DNA from: Elusimicrobiota bacterium
GTDB lineage: Bacteria > Elusimicrobiota > Elusimicrobia > UBA1565 > UBA9628
DNA: 64,000 bases
Direction: 5' to 3'
Assembly (NCBI GenBank): GCA_016191335.1
Contig: JACPOW010000029.1
Location: forward strand, 1,354 to 65,353
In this document: one piece after another, positions 1 through 8,781 of the stretch
Layout: the number at the start of each line of letters is the position of its first letter
Numbering within the stretch: position 1 is the first letter of the stretch
Notes under the pieces: model-generated
The model's input: the letters and a program-made list of their open reading frames with translations, nothing else
Told to the model about the DNA's origin: nothing
Database searches by the model: none
Made by a program: the position numbers and the translations under genes

Positions 1-1
1 C

Positions 2-640
2 TCCGCCAACGACGGCTTCCACGAGGCCTTGGGCGACACCATCGCCCTGTCGGTCACGCCGGAGTACCTCAAGACCATCGGCCTCATCGACACCGTCCCC
101 GGGCCGGAGGGGGACATCGACCTCCTTTTGAACAAGGCGCTGGAGAAGATCGCGTTCATGCCCTTCGGGCTCATCGTCGACAAGTGGCGCTGGGACGTCT
201 TCACCGGCAAGACCAAGCCCGAGGACTACAACAAGGCGTGGTGGGCGCTGGTCCGCAAGTATCAGGGGCTGAAGCCCGGCAACGAGCGCACCGAGAACGA
301 CTTCGACCCGGGCGCCAAGTACCACATCCCGGCCAACACGCCCTACGCGCGCTACTTCCTCGCCAACATCTACCAGTTCCAGTTCTACCGCGCCCTGTGC
401 AAGACCCACGGCCATACGGGCCCGCTGCACCGCTGCTCCTACTACGGCGACAAGGCCGCCGGCAAGCAGCTGGGCGACATGATGGCGATGGGCTCCTCCC
501 GGCCGTGGCCTGACGCGCTCGAGGCGGCGACGGGCGAGCGTCAGCTCGACGCGACGGCCATCCTCGAGTACTTCGCTCCTTTGAAGGCCTGGCTGGACGA
601 GCAGAACAAGGGGCAGACGGTGGGGTGGAAGGCGGAATAA
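2..640 (+). CDS. Peptidase family M2 (peptidyl-dipeptidase A / ACE-like), 5'-truncated by window edge
   Basis: Frame from nt 2 reads [12 protein letters not shown] (ACE third Zn-ligand region); later [48 protein letters not shown]. Confidence 0.92.
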   Translation, partial: SANDGFHEALGDTIALSVTPEYLKTIGLIDTVPGPEGDIDLLLNKALEKIAFMPFGLIVDKWRWDVFTGKTKPEDYNKAWWALVRKYQGLKPGNERTENDFDPGAKYHIPANTPYARYFLANIYQFQFYRALCKTHGHTGPLHRCSYYGDKAAGKQLGDMMAMGSSRPWPDALEAATGERQLDATAILEYFAPLKAWLDEQNKGQTVGWKAE

Positions 641-843
641 TGGAGCTCTCCGATATCCGCGTCGGGGACGTGATCTGGAACGTCGAGACCGGGCATACCG
701 GGCGCGTGTCCTCGGTCGTGGGCACGAAGATGGTGCTGCTGGACCCGACGGGGGAGGAGACGCCGTTTTATTTCGTGGCGGGGCTCTGGGAAAAGCTGCA
801 CGATCAGGCGGCGGCGGATTTTATAGCGCTGCTGCAGAAGTAG
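640..843 (+). CDS. Small hypothetical protein (SH3/KOW-like beta fold possible)
   Basis: ATG overlaps the upstream TAA (TAATG); 67 aa, host-like codon usage, IRVGDVIW...TGRV pattern. Confidence 0.65.
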   Translation: MELSDIRVGDVIWNVETGHTGRVSSVVGTKMVLLDPTGEETPFYFVAGLWEKLHDQAAADFIALLQK

Positions 844-856
844 AAGACCGATTTAG

Positions 857-943
857 GGAGAGGTGGCCGAGCGGTTTAAGGCACCAGTCTTGAAAACTGG
901 CGACGTGTAAAAGCGTCCGTGGGTTCGAATCCCACCCTCTCCG
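857..943 (+). tRNA. tRNA-Ser (anticodon UGA); CCA not encoded
   Basis: Acceptor GGAGAGG/CCTCTCC plus discriminator G; D-arm TGGCCGAGCGGTTTAAGGC; anticodon arm CCAGT-CTTGAAA-ACTGG; long variable arm; T-arm GTGGG-TTCGAAT-CCCAC. Confidence 0.96.
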
Positions 944-1005
944 ATGATTTAAAGTTGTTCTTGCCCCTTTAGGCCAACGCAGCCGTGGACTTCACTCCAG
1001 GGCTC

Positions 1006-2907
1006 TTACGGCTTAAGTTGATTCAAGCCGGCGGCTAATAGGTGGGCGTAGGTCTCATCTAGTTTTGTGATCGGTGGCAAAAATAACACCATGCCGTCGC
1101 GCCCGCGCGTGAGAAGCACCCGGTAGGAATTTACGCGCAATTGAAATGGGTCTCGCACCTTGCCTCCCCTGTATTTAGGTGCAAATCTCGAGGTCCAGGC
1201 TCCATTTTCTCGGATGAGGTCGCCACCCCAGCATACGATGCTGAAATCCAGCTCGAGGCCCTGCGCCTGAAATTCAGTGGCAGGCTTTTCCAGGTTCCGG
1301 CAAGACAACGCGCTGTCGGCACCTTCTGAGAACCACGGACCGATTTTCATGTTCTTTGAATCTTGGAACTGATTTGCCACGCCGAAGCTGGGTAGATCGC
1401 GATCGCGTGACGAAGCAAGCATGCCGAAGCGGGCTTCGGGGTTTTCTGCGTAGCGATCTCGCGCATAAGTTTTCGCCTTCTCGAGGTCACGCGTGATGTA
1501 CATCGGGTATGTATTCGCCGCGAGTTCTGCCGCAATTATCGGCAAACCCTTAGGCATTTGTGCCTGGAGGAGCCCATCCACAAAGTCGTGAATCCTAGGT
1601 GTTAGGTGGTATCGGACCTCGCATGTCAGGTTGAGTTCGGGATGAAAGCGTGTTTGTGCGGTTGAATCTGAAAACATCTCCGTAAGATGTGGCGGTCCGT
1701 GAATCGTCCAGCGATCTCGCTCCTTGGCGTTTTCAACTGCTCGGCGCCAAGGCAGAAGTCCGCCTTCTTCTCCTTTATGGATCTCCTGGCCCGTGCCGAT
1801 TAAACCGACGACCACGCACCAATCCGGAATGCGCTCGGCGAATTCAATAAAATGCTCTGGCTCAGACTTTGCGTCTTGCCCCGGGTGCTTCTCGGAGACC
1901 TGGTCTTTATCCCAGGCGCGCTGCGCCTCATCGAACACTAGAAAGTGTTCTGGCGGCACCGCATCCGGCCGTCGCGAGTAGGTTTCGACATAATGTTTCA
2001 CGCCGCGCACGAATGTTTTTCCATTGCCACCAGCGCGCTTAAGCTCATACTGCAAAACTTCCACCAAGGGTCCATTCCCAGACAGATAAACCGCGGACGC
2101 CGTGGGCTTGCCGTTGCCGCGATCCACCGCCAAATCATCGAGAAAACCGGAGTGGACAACGCGCAATCCGACCAAGGTCTTACCGGATCCCGGCACGCCG
2201 GTCAACAAAACAAGGCGGCGGGTCTTGGTTTTGGCCGCCTCATGCGCCATTTTTGATATTAAATCGACCGCGGGGTCCGTCGATGCCTTGGCTCTCCACA
2301 CATTGCGCAAGGTTTTCGATTCGAACAACTCGCGGGCAGCCTTCACGAGGCTGGGGAGCGGGGAGTAGGCATCGAAAGCCAAGAAATCATCGGACCTTAA
2401 TGTCGGAGCGGGACTGCGGCTCAACTCACTGATTAGCCCATCGAGATCCTGAGAATTGACTGTGTAGACGCCGTTAACAAAAGTCGTCGATCCCTTGTAG
2501 CGCACGGGCACGAGGAGGGCATGCACTGGACGGTTCTGACATTCACGGTGGTAGCATTTGAGGTCGCGTGCGTAGGCCGCGACTTGATCGATGTCTGAGG
2601 CCCACGGAAGGTCCCGGCCTTTGAATTCGATGACCAGCACGGAGCCGTTCTCGAGCAGGATGACGTCCGGGCGGCGAGTTTCAAGTGGAAGCTGATATTC
2701 AAGAATGGAACGGAAGCTTTTTGCGTTGACATCCTTGGCGATTGCTTCACCGCCTTCCGATTGGAGCACTCTAATGGAGTCATTCCAGGCAGTGATCTGG
2801 CTGGTGGACGCGTCCTTTACAAATGACTCGAGGGAACGAATGACGGAGTCGCGATCGGTAGTAATGAGCGTTCCAAGATCTGAGTCCCAGCCGTAGCGGT
2901 TATCCAT
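1006..2907 (-). CDS. DUF2075-type (Schlafen group 3-like) helicase with N-terminal PD-(D/E)xK-like nuclease region
   Basis: RRPDVILLENGSVLVIEFK; Walker A GVPGSGKT; YLSGNGPLVEVLQ; VFDEAQRAWD; GTGQEI; ATEFQAQGLELD; NSYRVLLTRGRDGM. Confidence 0.85.
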   Translation of the reverse strand: MDNRYGWDSDLGTLITTDRDSVIRSLESFVKDASTSQITAWNDSIRVLQSEGGEAIAKDVNAKSFRSILEYQLPLETRRPDVILLENGSVLVIEFKGRDLPWASDIDQVAAYARDLKCYHRECQNRPVHALLVPVRYKGSTTFVNGVYTVNSQDLDGLISELSRSPAPTLRSDDFLAFDAYSPLPSLVKAARELFESKTLRNVWRAKASTDPAVDLISKMAHEAAKTKTRRLVLLTGVPGSGKTLVGLRVVHSGFLDDLAVDRGNGKPTASAVYLSGNGPLVEVLQYELKRAGGNGKTFVRGVKHYVETYSRRPDAVPPEHFLVFDEAQRAWDKDQVSEKHPGQDAKSEPEHFIEFAERIPDWCVVVGLIGTGQEIHKGEEGGLLPWRRAVENAKERDRWTIHGPPHLTEMFSDSTAQTRFHPELNLTCEVRYHLTPRIHDFVDGLLQAQMPKGLPIIAAELAANTYPMYITRDLEKAKTYARDRYAENPEARFGMLASSRDRDLPSFGVANQFQDSKNMKIGPWFSEGADSALSCRNLEKPATEFQAQGLELDFSIVCWGGDLIRENGAWTSRFAPKYRGGKVRDPFQLRVNSYRVLLTRGRDGMVLFLPPITKLDETYAHLLAAGLNQLKP

Positions 2908-3043
2908 GTGTTCGGATTATCGCAAAAGATATGAAGGGTGCCTTAGGGAATTTCGCGGGATTGCTGCCGGCCGGCAGTTGTATCACCTCTATTCGATCGT
3001 CGGATCACGATGTATTTGTGATAATCAGGTTCGGAAGCCAAAT

Positions 3044-6000
3044 ATGTCACGGCAAGAAATCCTGGGTATCGATCATGATCTCGCTGAAGCTATCGCGAGA
3101 ATTGCCGAACAATACAAGGGCGTCCCGCTAAAGGCGGTTGAGTGGCTGGACCGGAAAGATGACTACTTGCCCTTTGTCCCGAAACCAGCCGCCGATGAGT
3201 CCTGGGCCTCAGGTGGACGCGTGGTTTTCAAGGATCCGGATACGAGGCAAGTTCTGCATTCCGGAGAAGTTGCCGAGTACGATCCCGACACCGGCGCTAT
3301 CTTTGTCGATATTTCCGAGTGGGATCAATGGCAACAAGCGGCTCGTTGTTGGCTGGAGTTTTTCCCCTTTAATTTCGGCGACGCGCTGCACAATGCCTTT
3401 GAGCGGCTCTCATCCAATACCGAAGCGTTAAAATGGGCTCTCCGTAATGTTTCCGGGGACATCGCGGAGGATGGCCCCGCTGAACCGGGTGTTGGCAGTC
3501 GCGACTTTTGGGACTTACCCTGGGGTATCGTCTGGGGCCCACCAGGAACTGGCAAGACGGAAACCGTATCCGAATATCTTGCTCATTGGGCTGCCAAATC
3601 AAAGGGTGGCACAATCCTCGTCGCGACACCGACGAACAATGCCGCGGATCAAATGGCCCTGCGGCTCAAGAAACATCTCTCCACGCTCGGTGGCCATTTG
3701 CGCGACGGTCATTGTTTGGTCCATCGTGGTGGGCAGGGATCGGGCAGCGCCTTGAAGAAGGAATTTCCGGATTGCCTTCGAGATCCATCCTTTGCGCGGC
3801 AGCATGCCGAGATCTCCGAAGCTATGGAAGACCTCGAAAAGAGGCGCGCTGCCTCGATCCGCGAGAGGAATTTCCCTCAGGCAGCGCGGATTCGAAAGGA
3901 AATAGCCGCGTTGCAGGCGCAATTGCCGGATCAGACTCAGCATGTGATCTCGGAAGGCGTCGCGCGGATTGTCATCGTCACCACGTTCAAGGCACTGAAA
4001 TTCGCGGGTACAGGGGATTTGGTCGGCTTTTTCGATAAGGTGGTTATCGATGAGGCGGGGATGGTCAGCCGAGCCGTTTCCGCCGCGATCGCAGCGATGG
4101 GGCGCTCGGTCGTGCTGGCGGGGGACCCTAAACAGATCGGGCCCATCTACAAGGTTCCCCATGGTATCAGGGCGGAGGTTCGAAAGTGGCTGTCGTTCTC
4201 CGGTCTTTCGCATCTAGATTCGGCGAAAGCGGCGCTCTCCAAAAAGAACGTAAAGCTCCTGAGAACACAGTACCGCATGCACCCGCAGATTTCTAAAGCC
4301 GTCAGCGAGTATTGCTATGACGGCATTTTATTGGACGGAGCCAGTGTCCTGGCCGATTCGACAGCTGCTCCGCCCGCGGAATTCCCTGAATTCAGGGCAT
4401 CTTGGATCGTCGTTGAATCCTTCGCCGACTCGCCGGAAGCCTGTTGTTCCCGCCGCGCGAGCCCGGGGACGGGCCACGTGCGAGAGGCGTCAGCTGAGGC
4501 CTGTGCGCTTTACGGGCAAATGGCGGCGCGTCTGGGTCATCCAGCTTTGATCTTGACGCCGTATAGAGCCCAGGTGCGCCTCATCGTTCGAAAGTTGGCG
4601 GGCAATGATTCGGGGATCAACGTCGGGACAATTCATCGCCAGCAAGGCGCAGAGCGGGAAGTCGTCATTCTCGATCTCGTCAATGGAGCTAGCGCGTTCA
4701 CGAGCGCTGAGATCCGGATGATCGTCAATGTCGCGATGAGCAGGGCAAAGCGCCATCTGATCGTCATCGCGAGCAAGGGGGAAATGCGTTCTCCTGTTTT
4801 GCGCCCCCTGGCCAGCCTGTTAAAGCCGTCCATCAAGAAGAAGATGGACTCGAAAACGCCTAGTCTCGGGAATCTGCTCGATCTCACCCGGCCTTCTGAA
4901 AAGACAAAGGAAGCCCAGCGCATGGCGTCCGCGCTTGCGGGCCTGGATAATTCTCCATCGCGGGAGGGTTTCTTGACTCCCCGCAATTGGGGTCACGAAA
5001 TCACGCAAATGCGAAATCGTAGGCCGCTGTTCTCCGCGGAACAAGTCAAGTTGATTGAGAAGAACATTGGAGAGGGCCACCGTCTCGTGCGCGGTGTCGC
5101 CGGTAGCGGAAAATCCCTCATTCTGACCGCATGGGCCGTGAAGTTGCTGCACAGCAACCCATCGCACAAGGTGCTCATAACCTATTTCAACAAGGGCATG
5201 AAGATCCTGCTGAGCTCGATGGTCGAAACTGCAGCGCGTGAGTTGGATCCCGTGGCAGCCGATCGAATCTTGAGGCAGGTGACGATCACGCATGCTAACC
5301 GTGTTACAAAGGGGAAGCCTGCTTTCGATGCCGTCTTCGTTGATGAAGCTCAAGACATGGAAGCCGACATCCTGCGAGGTCTTTACGACTCTTGCCGGAT
5401 GACCACAAAAGGCATGAAGAACTTCATCCTGTTCGCGGACGATTCTCAGAACATTTATGGGAAGAAGACTCTCGACGAGTTGCGCAGCGTCCTGCCGGTG
5501 GGATTGGATTTCAGAGGGCGCTCGGACGTCTTGCGTGAAACCTACCGTTCAACGCAGACGATTTTAAGCTTAGCCGTGAACTTGGCCCTTGATCCGAAGA
5601 ACGTTTATGGTCTGGGCGCTTCTCGGCTTCTAGAATACATGCGGGTGGCGGAGTTGGCGCAAGAAGGACTATTGATTCGCCCCGAGGACAGCGCTGACGG
5701 CGCTTATAGCGTCTGCTACACGGAGCGCGAAGGAGTCCCGACCCGCTATCTTCGAACTGCCAATGAGAAGGTCACGCTGGCGAGATTGGGCAAAGAGATC
5801 AAGCGACTTGTGGCGGAAGAGGGATTGTCTCTCGGCGATGTGCTAGTCGTTACCGTGAAGCGACCGGAACGCGTAGCCAACGCCTTGAATGCCGTCGGTA
5901 TCAAGGCAAAGGCGTTTGGAGGAGGCGGAGAAAATCCCTTGGGCATGCCGGGCGCCGGCGGGGATTTCGTCCGTTGCACTACGGTACACACATCGAAAGG

Positions 6001-6235
6001 ACACGAAAGTCCGGTTAGTTTTTTCCTTTGGCCCGAGGAACTTGAGGGGATCAACTTCATGAATATCCCGGGCGCGACGGATGCCGATTACGAGCGGATC
6101 AGACGGTGCATGCTTTACGTGTCGATCTCACGGGCGATGTTCATTCAGTATATTCTCGGCGCCGAATCGCGATTCATGAAGGCCATCGATACCTATCACC
6201 GATCGGATATAGGGCGAGTGCCTGTCTGGACCTAA
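3044..6235 (+). CDS. Tandem SF1 helicase fusion: Upf1/DNA2-like (AAA_11/AAA_12) domain plus UvrD/Rep-like domain
   Basis: Domain 1: GPPGTGKT, TPTNNAAD, IDEAGM, GDPKQIGP, QYRMHPQI, TPYRAQ, TIHRQQGAE, NVAMSRAK. Domain 2: GVAGSGKS, VDEAQD, DDSQNIY, LRETYRS, TTVHTSKGHE, LYVSISRA. Start placed at ATG 3044; the ORF-track start at 2906 overlaps the divergent gene. Confidence 0.85.
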   Translation: MSRQEILGIDHDLAEAIARIAEQYKGVPLKAVEWLDRKDDYLPFVPKPAADESWASGGRVVFKDPDTRQVLHSGEVAEYDPDTGAIFVDISEWDQWQQAARCWLEFFPFNFGDALHNAFERLSSNTEALKWALRNVSGDIAEDGPAEPGVGSRDFWDLPWGIVWGPPGTGKTETVSEYLAHWAAKSKGGTILVATPTNNAADQMALRLKKHLSTLGGHLRDGHCLVHRGGQGSGSALKKEFPDCLRDPSFARQHAEISEAMEDLEKRRAASIRERNFPQAARIRKEIAALQAQLPDQTQHVISEGVARIVIVTTFKALKFAGTGDLVGFFDKVVIDEAGMVSRAVSAAIAAMGRSVVLAGDPKQIGPIYKVPHGIRAEVRKWLSFSGLSHLDSAKAALSKKNVKLLRTQYRMHPQISKAVSEYCYDGILLDGASVLADSTAAPPAEFPEFRASWIVVESFADSPEACCSRRASPGTGHVREASAEACALYGQMAARLGHPALILTPYRAQVRLIVRKLAGNDSGINVGTIHRQQGAEREVVILDLVNGASAFTSAEIRMIVNVAMSRAKRHLIVIASKGEMRSPVLRPLASLLKPSIKKKMDSKTPSLGNLLDLTRPSEKTKEAQRMASALAGLDNSPSREGFLTPRNWGHEITQMRNRRPLFSAEQVKLIEKNIGEGHRLVRGVAGSGKSLILTAWAVKLLHSNPSHKVLITYFNKGMKILLSSMVETAARELDPVAADRILRQVTITHANRVTKGKPAFDAVFVDEAQDMEADILRGLYDSCRMTTKGMKNFILFADDSQNIYGKKTLDELRSVLPVGLDFRGRSDVLRETYRSTQTILSLAVNLALDPKNVYGLGASRLLEYMRVAELAQEGLLIRPEDSADGAYSVCYTEREGVPTRYLRTANEKVTLARLGKEIKRLVAEEGLSLGDVLVVTVKRPERVANALNAVGIKAKAFGGGGENPLGMPGAGGDFVRCTTVHTSKGHESPVSFFLWPEELEGINFMNIPGATDADYERIRRCMLYVSISRAMFIQYILGAESRFMKAIDTYHRSDIGRVPVWT

Positions 6236-6343
6236 GCAGCCTTCATCTTTAGGCGCGTGCGCAAATACTCCCGCAGGGCCTCATCCTTGCACCAAACGAA
6301 GCACCCCCTGCGCCCCCGTGACAGCAGCATCCGATAAGTCCCC

Positions 6344-6410
6344 TTGATTTTCTCTGGTATACCGCTATACTATACATTGAATTGTATAGATACATACAAT
6401 TAATTGTATG
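6344..6410 (+). promoter_or_regulatory. Sigma70-type promoter followed by two palindromic operators
   Basis: TTGATT(6344)-16-TATACT(6366); palindrome TATACA-TTGAAT-TGTATA (6371-6388) and perfect 18-mer CATACAATTAATTGTATG (6393-6410, includes the start codon). Confidence 0.75.
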
Positions 6411-7001
6411 AATGAGCCAAGACTCACAAAACAAGGTCTCTGGGACATCTTAGAAGGCTGGGAGGAATACACCCCCTCCCGAATCCGCCTCGTCGCTTGT
6501 GGCGGAACGGCGCTCACCTTGCAGGACATCAAGGAATCGACCAGAGACGTCGACTTCGTGGTGCCCGACATCGACGAGTACGATGCGTTGATCCGAACGA
6601 TCAAGAGGCTCGGTTATCGTAAGGATCGCGGCGAGGGCTGGTCGATCGAGGGGGATCCGTTCATCTTCGATCTGTTCAAGGGACAGCGGGTGTTCACCAC
6701 GGGCCTGCTCGATTCGCCGCTGGACGCCGGGAGACATATCCCGATCAGGGAGATCGGAAAGCTGCACATCTCCGCCTTAAACGACCTGGACCTGGTGATC
6801 TCCAAGATGTTTCGCGGAGACGAGATCGATGTTCAAGACTGTTTGGCGCTCATCAAGGCGCGCGGCGGCGCCTTCGACGTGGAAGCGATGAAGGCGCGCT
6901 ACAAAGAGACGGCAAGCCACGACGTGGGGGAGCAGCGCATTCTGGGACAGTTGAAATATCTGCTGTCGGAACTCGGGGGAGGAAGCCATGCTGAAGGGTG
7001 A
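6408..7001 (+). CDS. Pol-beta-superfamily nucleotidyltransferase (DUF6036/AbiEii-like)
   Basis: ACGGTAL...STRDVDF (GG..DxD), later DLVISKM and RGDEIDVQD. Confidence 0.75.
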   Translation: MNEPRLTKQGLWDILEGWEEYTPSRIRLVACGGTALTLQDIKESTRDVDFVVPDIDEYDALIRTIKRLGYRKDRGEGWSIEGDPFIFDLFKGQRVFTTGLLDSPLDAGRHIPIREIGKLHISALNDLDLVISKMFRGDEIDVQDCLALIKARGGAFDVEAMKARYKETASHDVGEQRILGQLKYLLSELGGGSHAEG

Positions 7002-7674
7002 TTCGGCGTATCTGATGTCGGCCATGGCCCAATACGGCTATTCCCTGCTGCAGCCCGACCGGATGACGGATCCAAACGATTTGCTCGCGTCTTTGGCGGA
7101 CAGCCGGGACTCCCGCGTGCTCGAGGGTTTTCCCGTCGTGCTGGCCAACGCGTTGGCCAAGCATGGGGGCAAGGTGGATCTGGCCGCGGCGGAGAGCGGG
7201 CTCGATGAGCGCGGGGCGGAGGCGTTCCGAAGGCTCGTGGACGTGTCGCTTCACTTGATGCGGACGTTCGGCTTCGACGCGCTGGCGGCGGAAGTCCGCG
7301 GGCGGAGGCCGTCGGACCCGGTTTTCAGTCAAAAGCTGCCGGAGGCGATGGTGGGGGGCGCCGAGTTGAGCCTGGACGAGGAGCGGACGCTCTCCCCGGG
7401 TCGCTTGAAGCGGACTTTCATGAATTATTTCGTCCGCGATCAGGAGGAAGGCGACGCGGAGCGGAAGATGGAGCGGAAGGAATCGTTCCGGCGCGAGTAT
7501 CTCCTGTCGCTGTTCTTCGCGCCGCGCCAGCGCGACTTGGTGGCGAAGAGGATGCGCGGAGAGCCGCTCACCAAGACGGAGCGCGAATATTTCTCGCGCG
7601 TCGTGAAAAAGAAGCTGCAGGCCTTGGCCGATCCGGATCTGCACATGCTGGCGCAGAAAGCCTTGCGCGACTGA
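6988..7674 (+). CDS. Hypothetical partner of the nucleotidyltransferase, with basic helical C-terminus (possible DNA-binding antitoxin)
   Basis: Overlaps upstream gene by 14 nt, GGAGG RBS; C-terminal FAPRQRDLVAKRMRGEPLTKTEREYFSRVVKKKL. Confidence 0.65.
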   Translation: MLKGDSAYLMSAMAQYGYSLLQPDRMTDPNDLLASLADSRDSRVLEGFPVVLANALAKHGGKVDLAAAESGLDERGAEAFRRLVDVSLHLMRTFGFDALAAEVRGRRPSDPVFSQKLPEAMVGGAELSLDEERTLSPGRLKRTFMNYFVRDQEEGDAERKMERKESFRREYLLSLFFAPRQRDLVAKRMRGEPLTKTEREYFSRVVKKKLQALADPDLHMLAQKALRD

Positions 7675-7676
7675 CT

Positions 7677-8714
7677 TTACGGATGCGTCTCGATCCACTC
7701 CCGCATCGCGGCGCAGAGCTTCTTGTCGTGGTTCTCCCCGCAGTACCGCCATAGATACGGGATCGCCCCGGCGCCGTACGCTCGGCCGAAGTCCGCATAC
7801 TCCTCGCTGAAGAAGACGCACGCCTTCTGCCCGCTCGAAAACGCCTCGTCGTAATCCGGCGTCTTGTTCTTCGCGGCCCGCGCCAGCCTGTCCTCCGCGA
7901 CCTTGCACTTGCCCGCGGCGGTTAGGACCTCCTTCGCGGACCAGGGCTGGCTCTTGAGCCAGTTCTTGGCGTGCTCTTCTCCCAAGGCCGCGGCCGCCTT
8001 CGCCGCGCGCTCTTCCTCGAGGTGGTACCGGTCGACCGCCGCGCGGGTGCCCGGCGTGCCGATGGCGACCAAGGCCGCGGCGACGCGGTCCTTGTTCCGG
8101 AAGTCCTTGTTTTTGAGGAGGCCCGCGAGGAGCGGGACCGCGCTTTTCGACGCGGGGCCCAGGTCGCCGAGCGCGTCGATCGCGCACTCGTTGCCCGCGC
8201 GCAAGGAGGCCGTCAGGACCGCGACGGGCGAGGGCGTGGGCGCGATCTTGCCGAGCGCCAGGGCGGCGCGGCAGCGGAAGAGGTCGTCGGAGAGGAGCGA
8301 GGTCAGAGGCCCGGCGGCGGAAGAGGCGGGCGGGCCGATCAAGGCCAGGGCGTCGACCAAGGCGATGCGGCAATGGGCGGGGTCGGGGTCGTTCTTGGTC
8401 GCTTTCTGGATGTCCGAGCAGGCGGCGGGGTCCTCCAAGGTCTGGAGGAGGACCGGGACCTCGACGGCGTCCACCGGTTTTAAGGAGCGCAGGCGGCCGT
8501 ACAGCTCGACGGCCCGGGAGTCGGCGTTTTTGTTCTTGGGGTCGCGGACCGCGGCGATGACCGGGGCGAGCTGGGACTGGCGGCCCTTGCCGAGGTAGGC
8601 CTCGAGCTCCTCGGGCGTCATGTTCGCCACGCTCTTCGCCTCGGCGGCCCGCACAGGGGCGCAAACGGAGAGGAGAAGGAGCAGCGCCGAGGCGGCGTGA
8701 GTAAAGGAGATCAC
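7677..8714 (-). CDS. Secreted HEAT-repeat protein
   Basis: Signal peptide ending VRA; HEAT/PBS-like repeats (DALALIGP, AALALGKI, DALGDLGP, AAALVAIG). Confidence 0.7.
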   Translation of the reverse strand: MISFTHAASALLLLLSVCAPVRAAEAKSVANMTPEELEAYLGKGRQSQLAPVIAAVRDPKNKNADSRAVELYGRLRSLKPVDAVEVPVLLQTLEDPAACSDIQKATKNDPDPAHCRIALVDALALIGPPASSAAGPLTSLLSDDLFRCRAALALGKIAPTPSPVAVLTASLRAGNECAIDALGDLGPASKSAVPLLAGLLKNKDFRNKDRVAAALVAIGTPGTRAAVDRYHLEEERAAKAAAALGEEHAKNWLKSQPWSAKEVLTAAGKCKVAEDRLARAAKNKTPDYDEAFSSGQKACVFFSEEYADFGRAYGAGAIPYLWRYCGENHDKKLCAAMREWIETHP

Positions 8715-8781
8715 GGTGGTGGAATACTAGCTGATTGCCGAGGGGCTTGATTATGCGGGGCCGCGGCCCTATCCTTGGGCC

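Larger units (their letters stand above)
945..7680. mobile_element. Lower-GC genomic island downstream of tRNA-Ser; no integrase or att repeat seen
   Basis: Abrupt rise in A/T content and A/T-ending codons right after the tRNA 3' end; defence-type gene content; host-like composition returns around 7.7 kb. Confidence 0.65.

Noticed and set aside
2906-3043. 46-codon N-terminal extension of the double helicase from the ORF track
   Set aside because: Overlaps the divergent DUF2075 start, leaves no promoter space and reads as non-protein-like.
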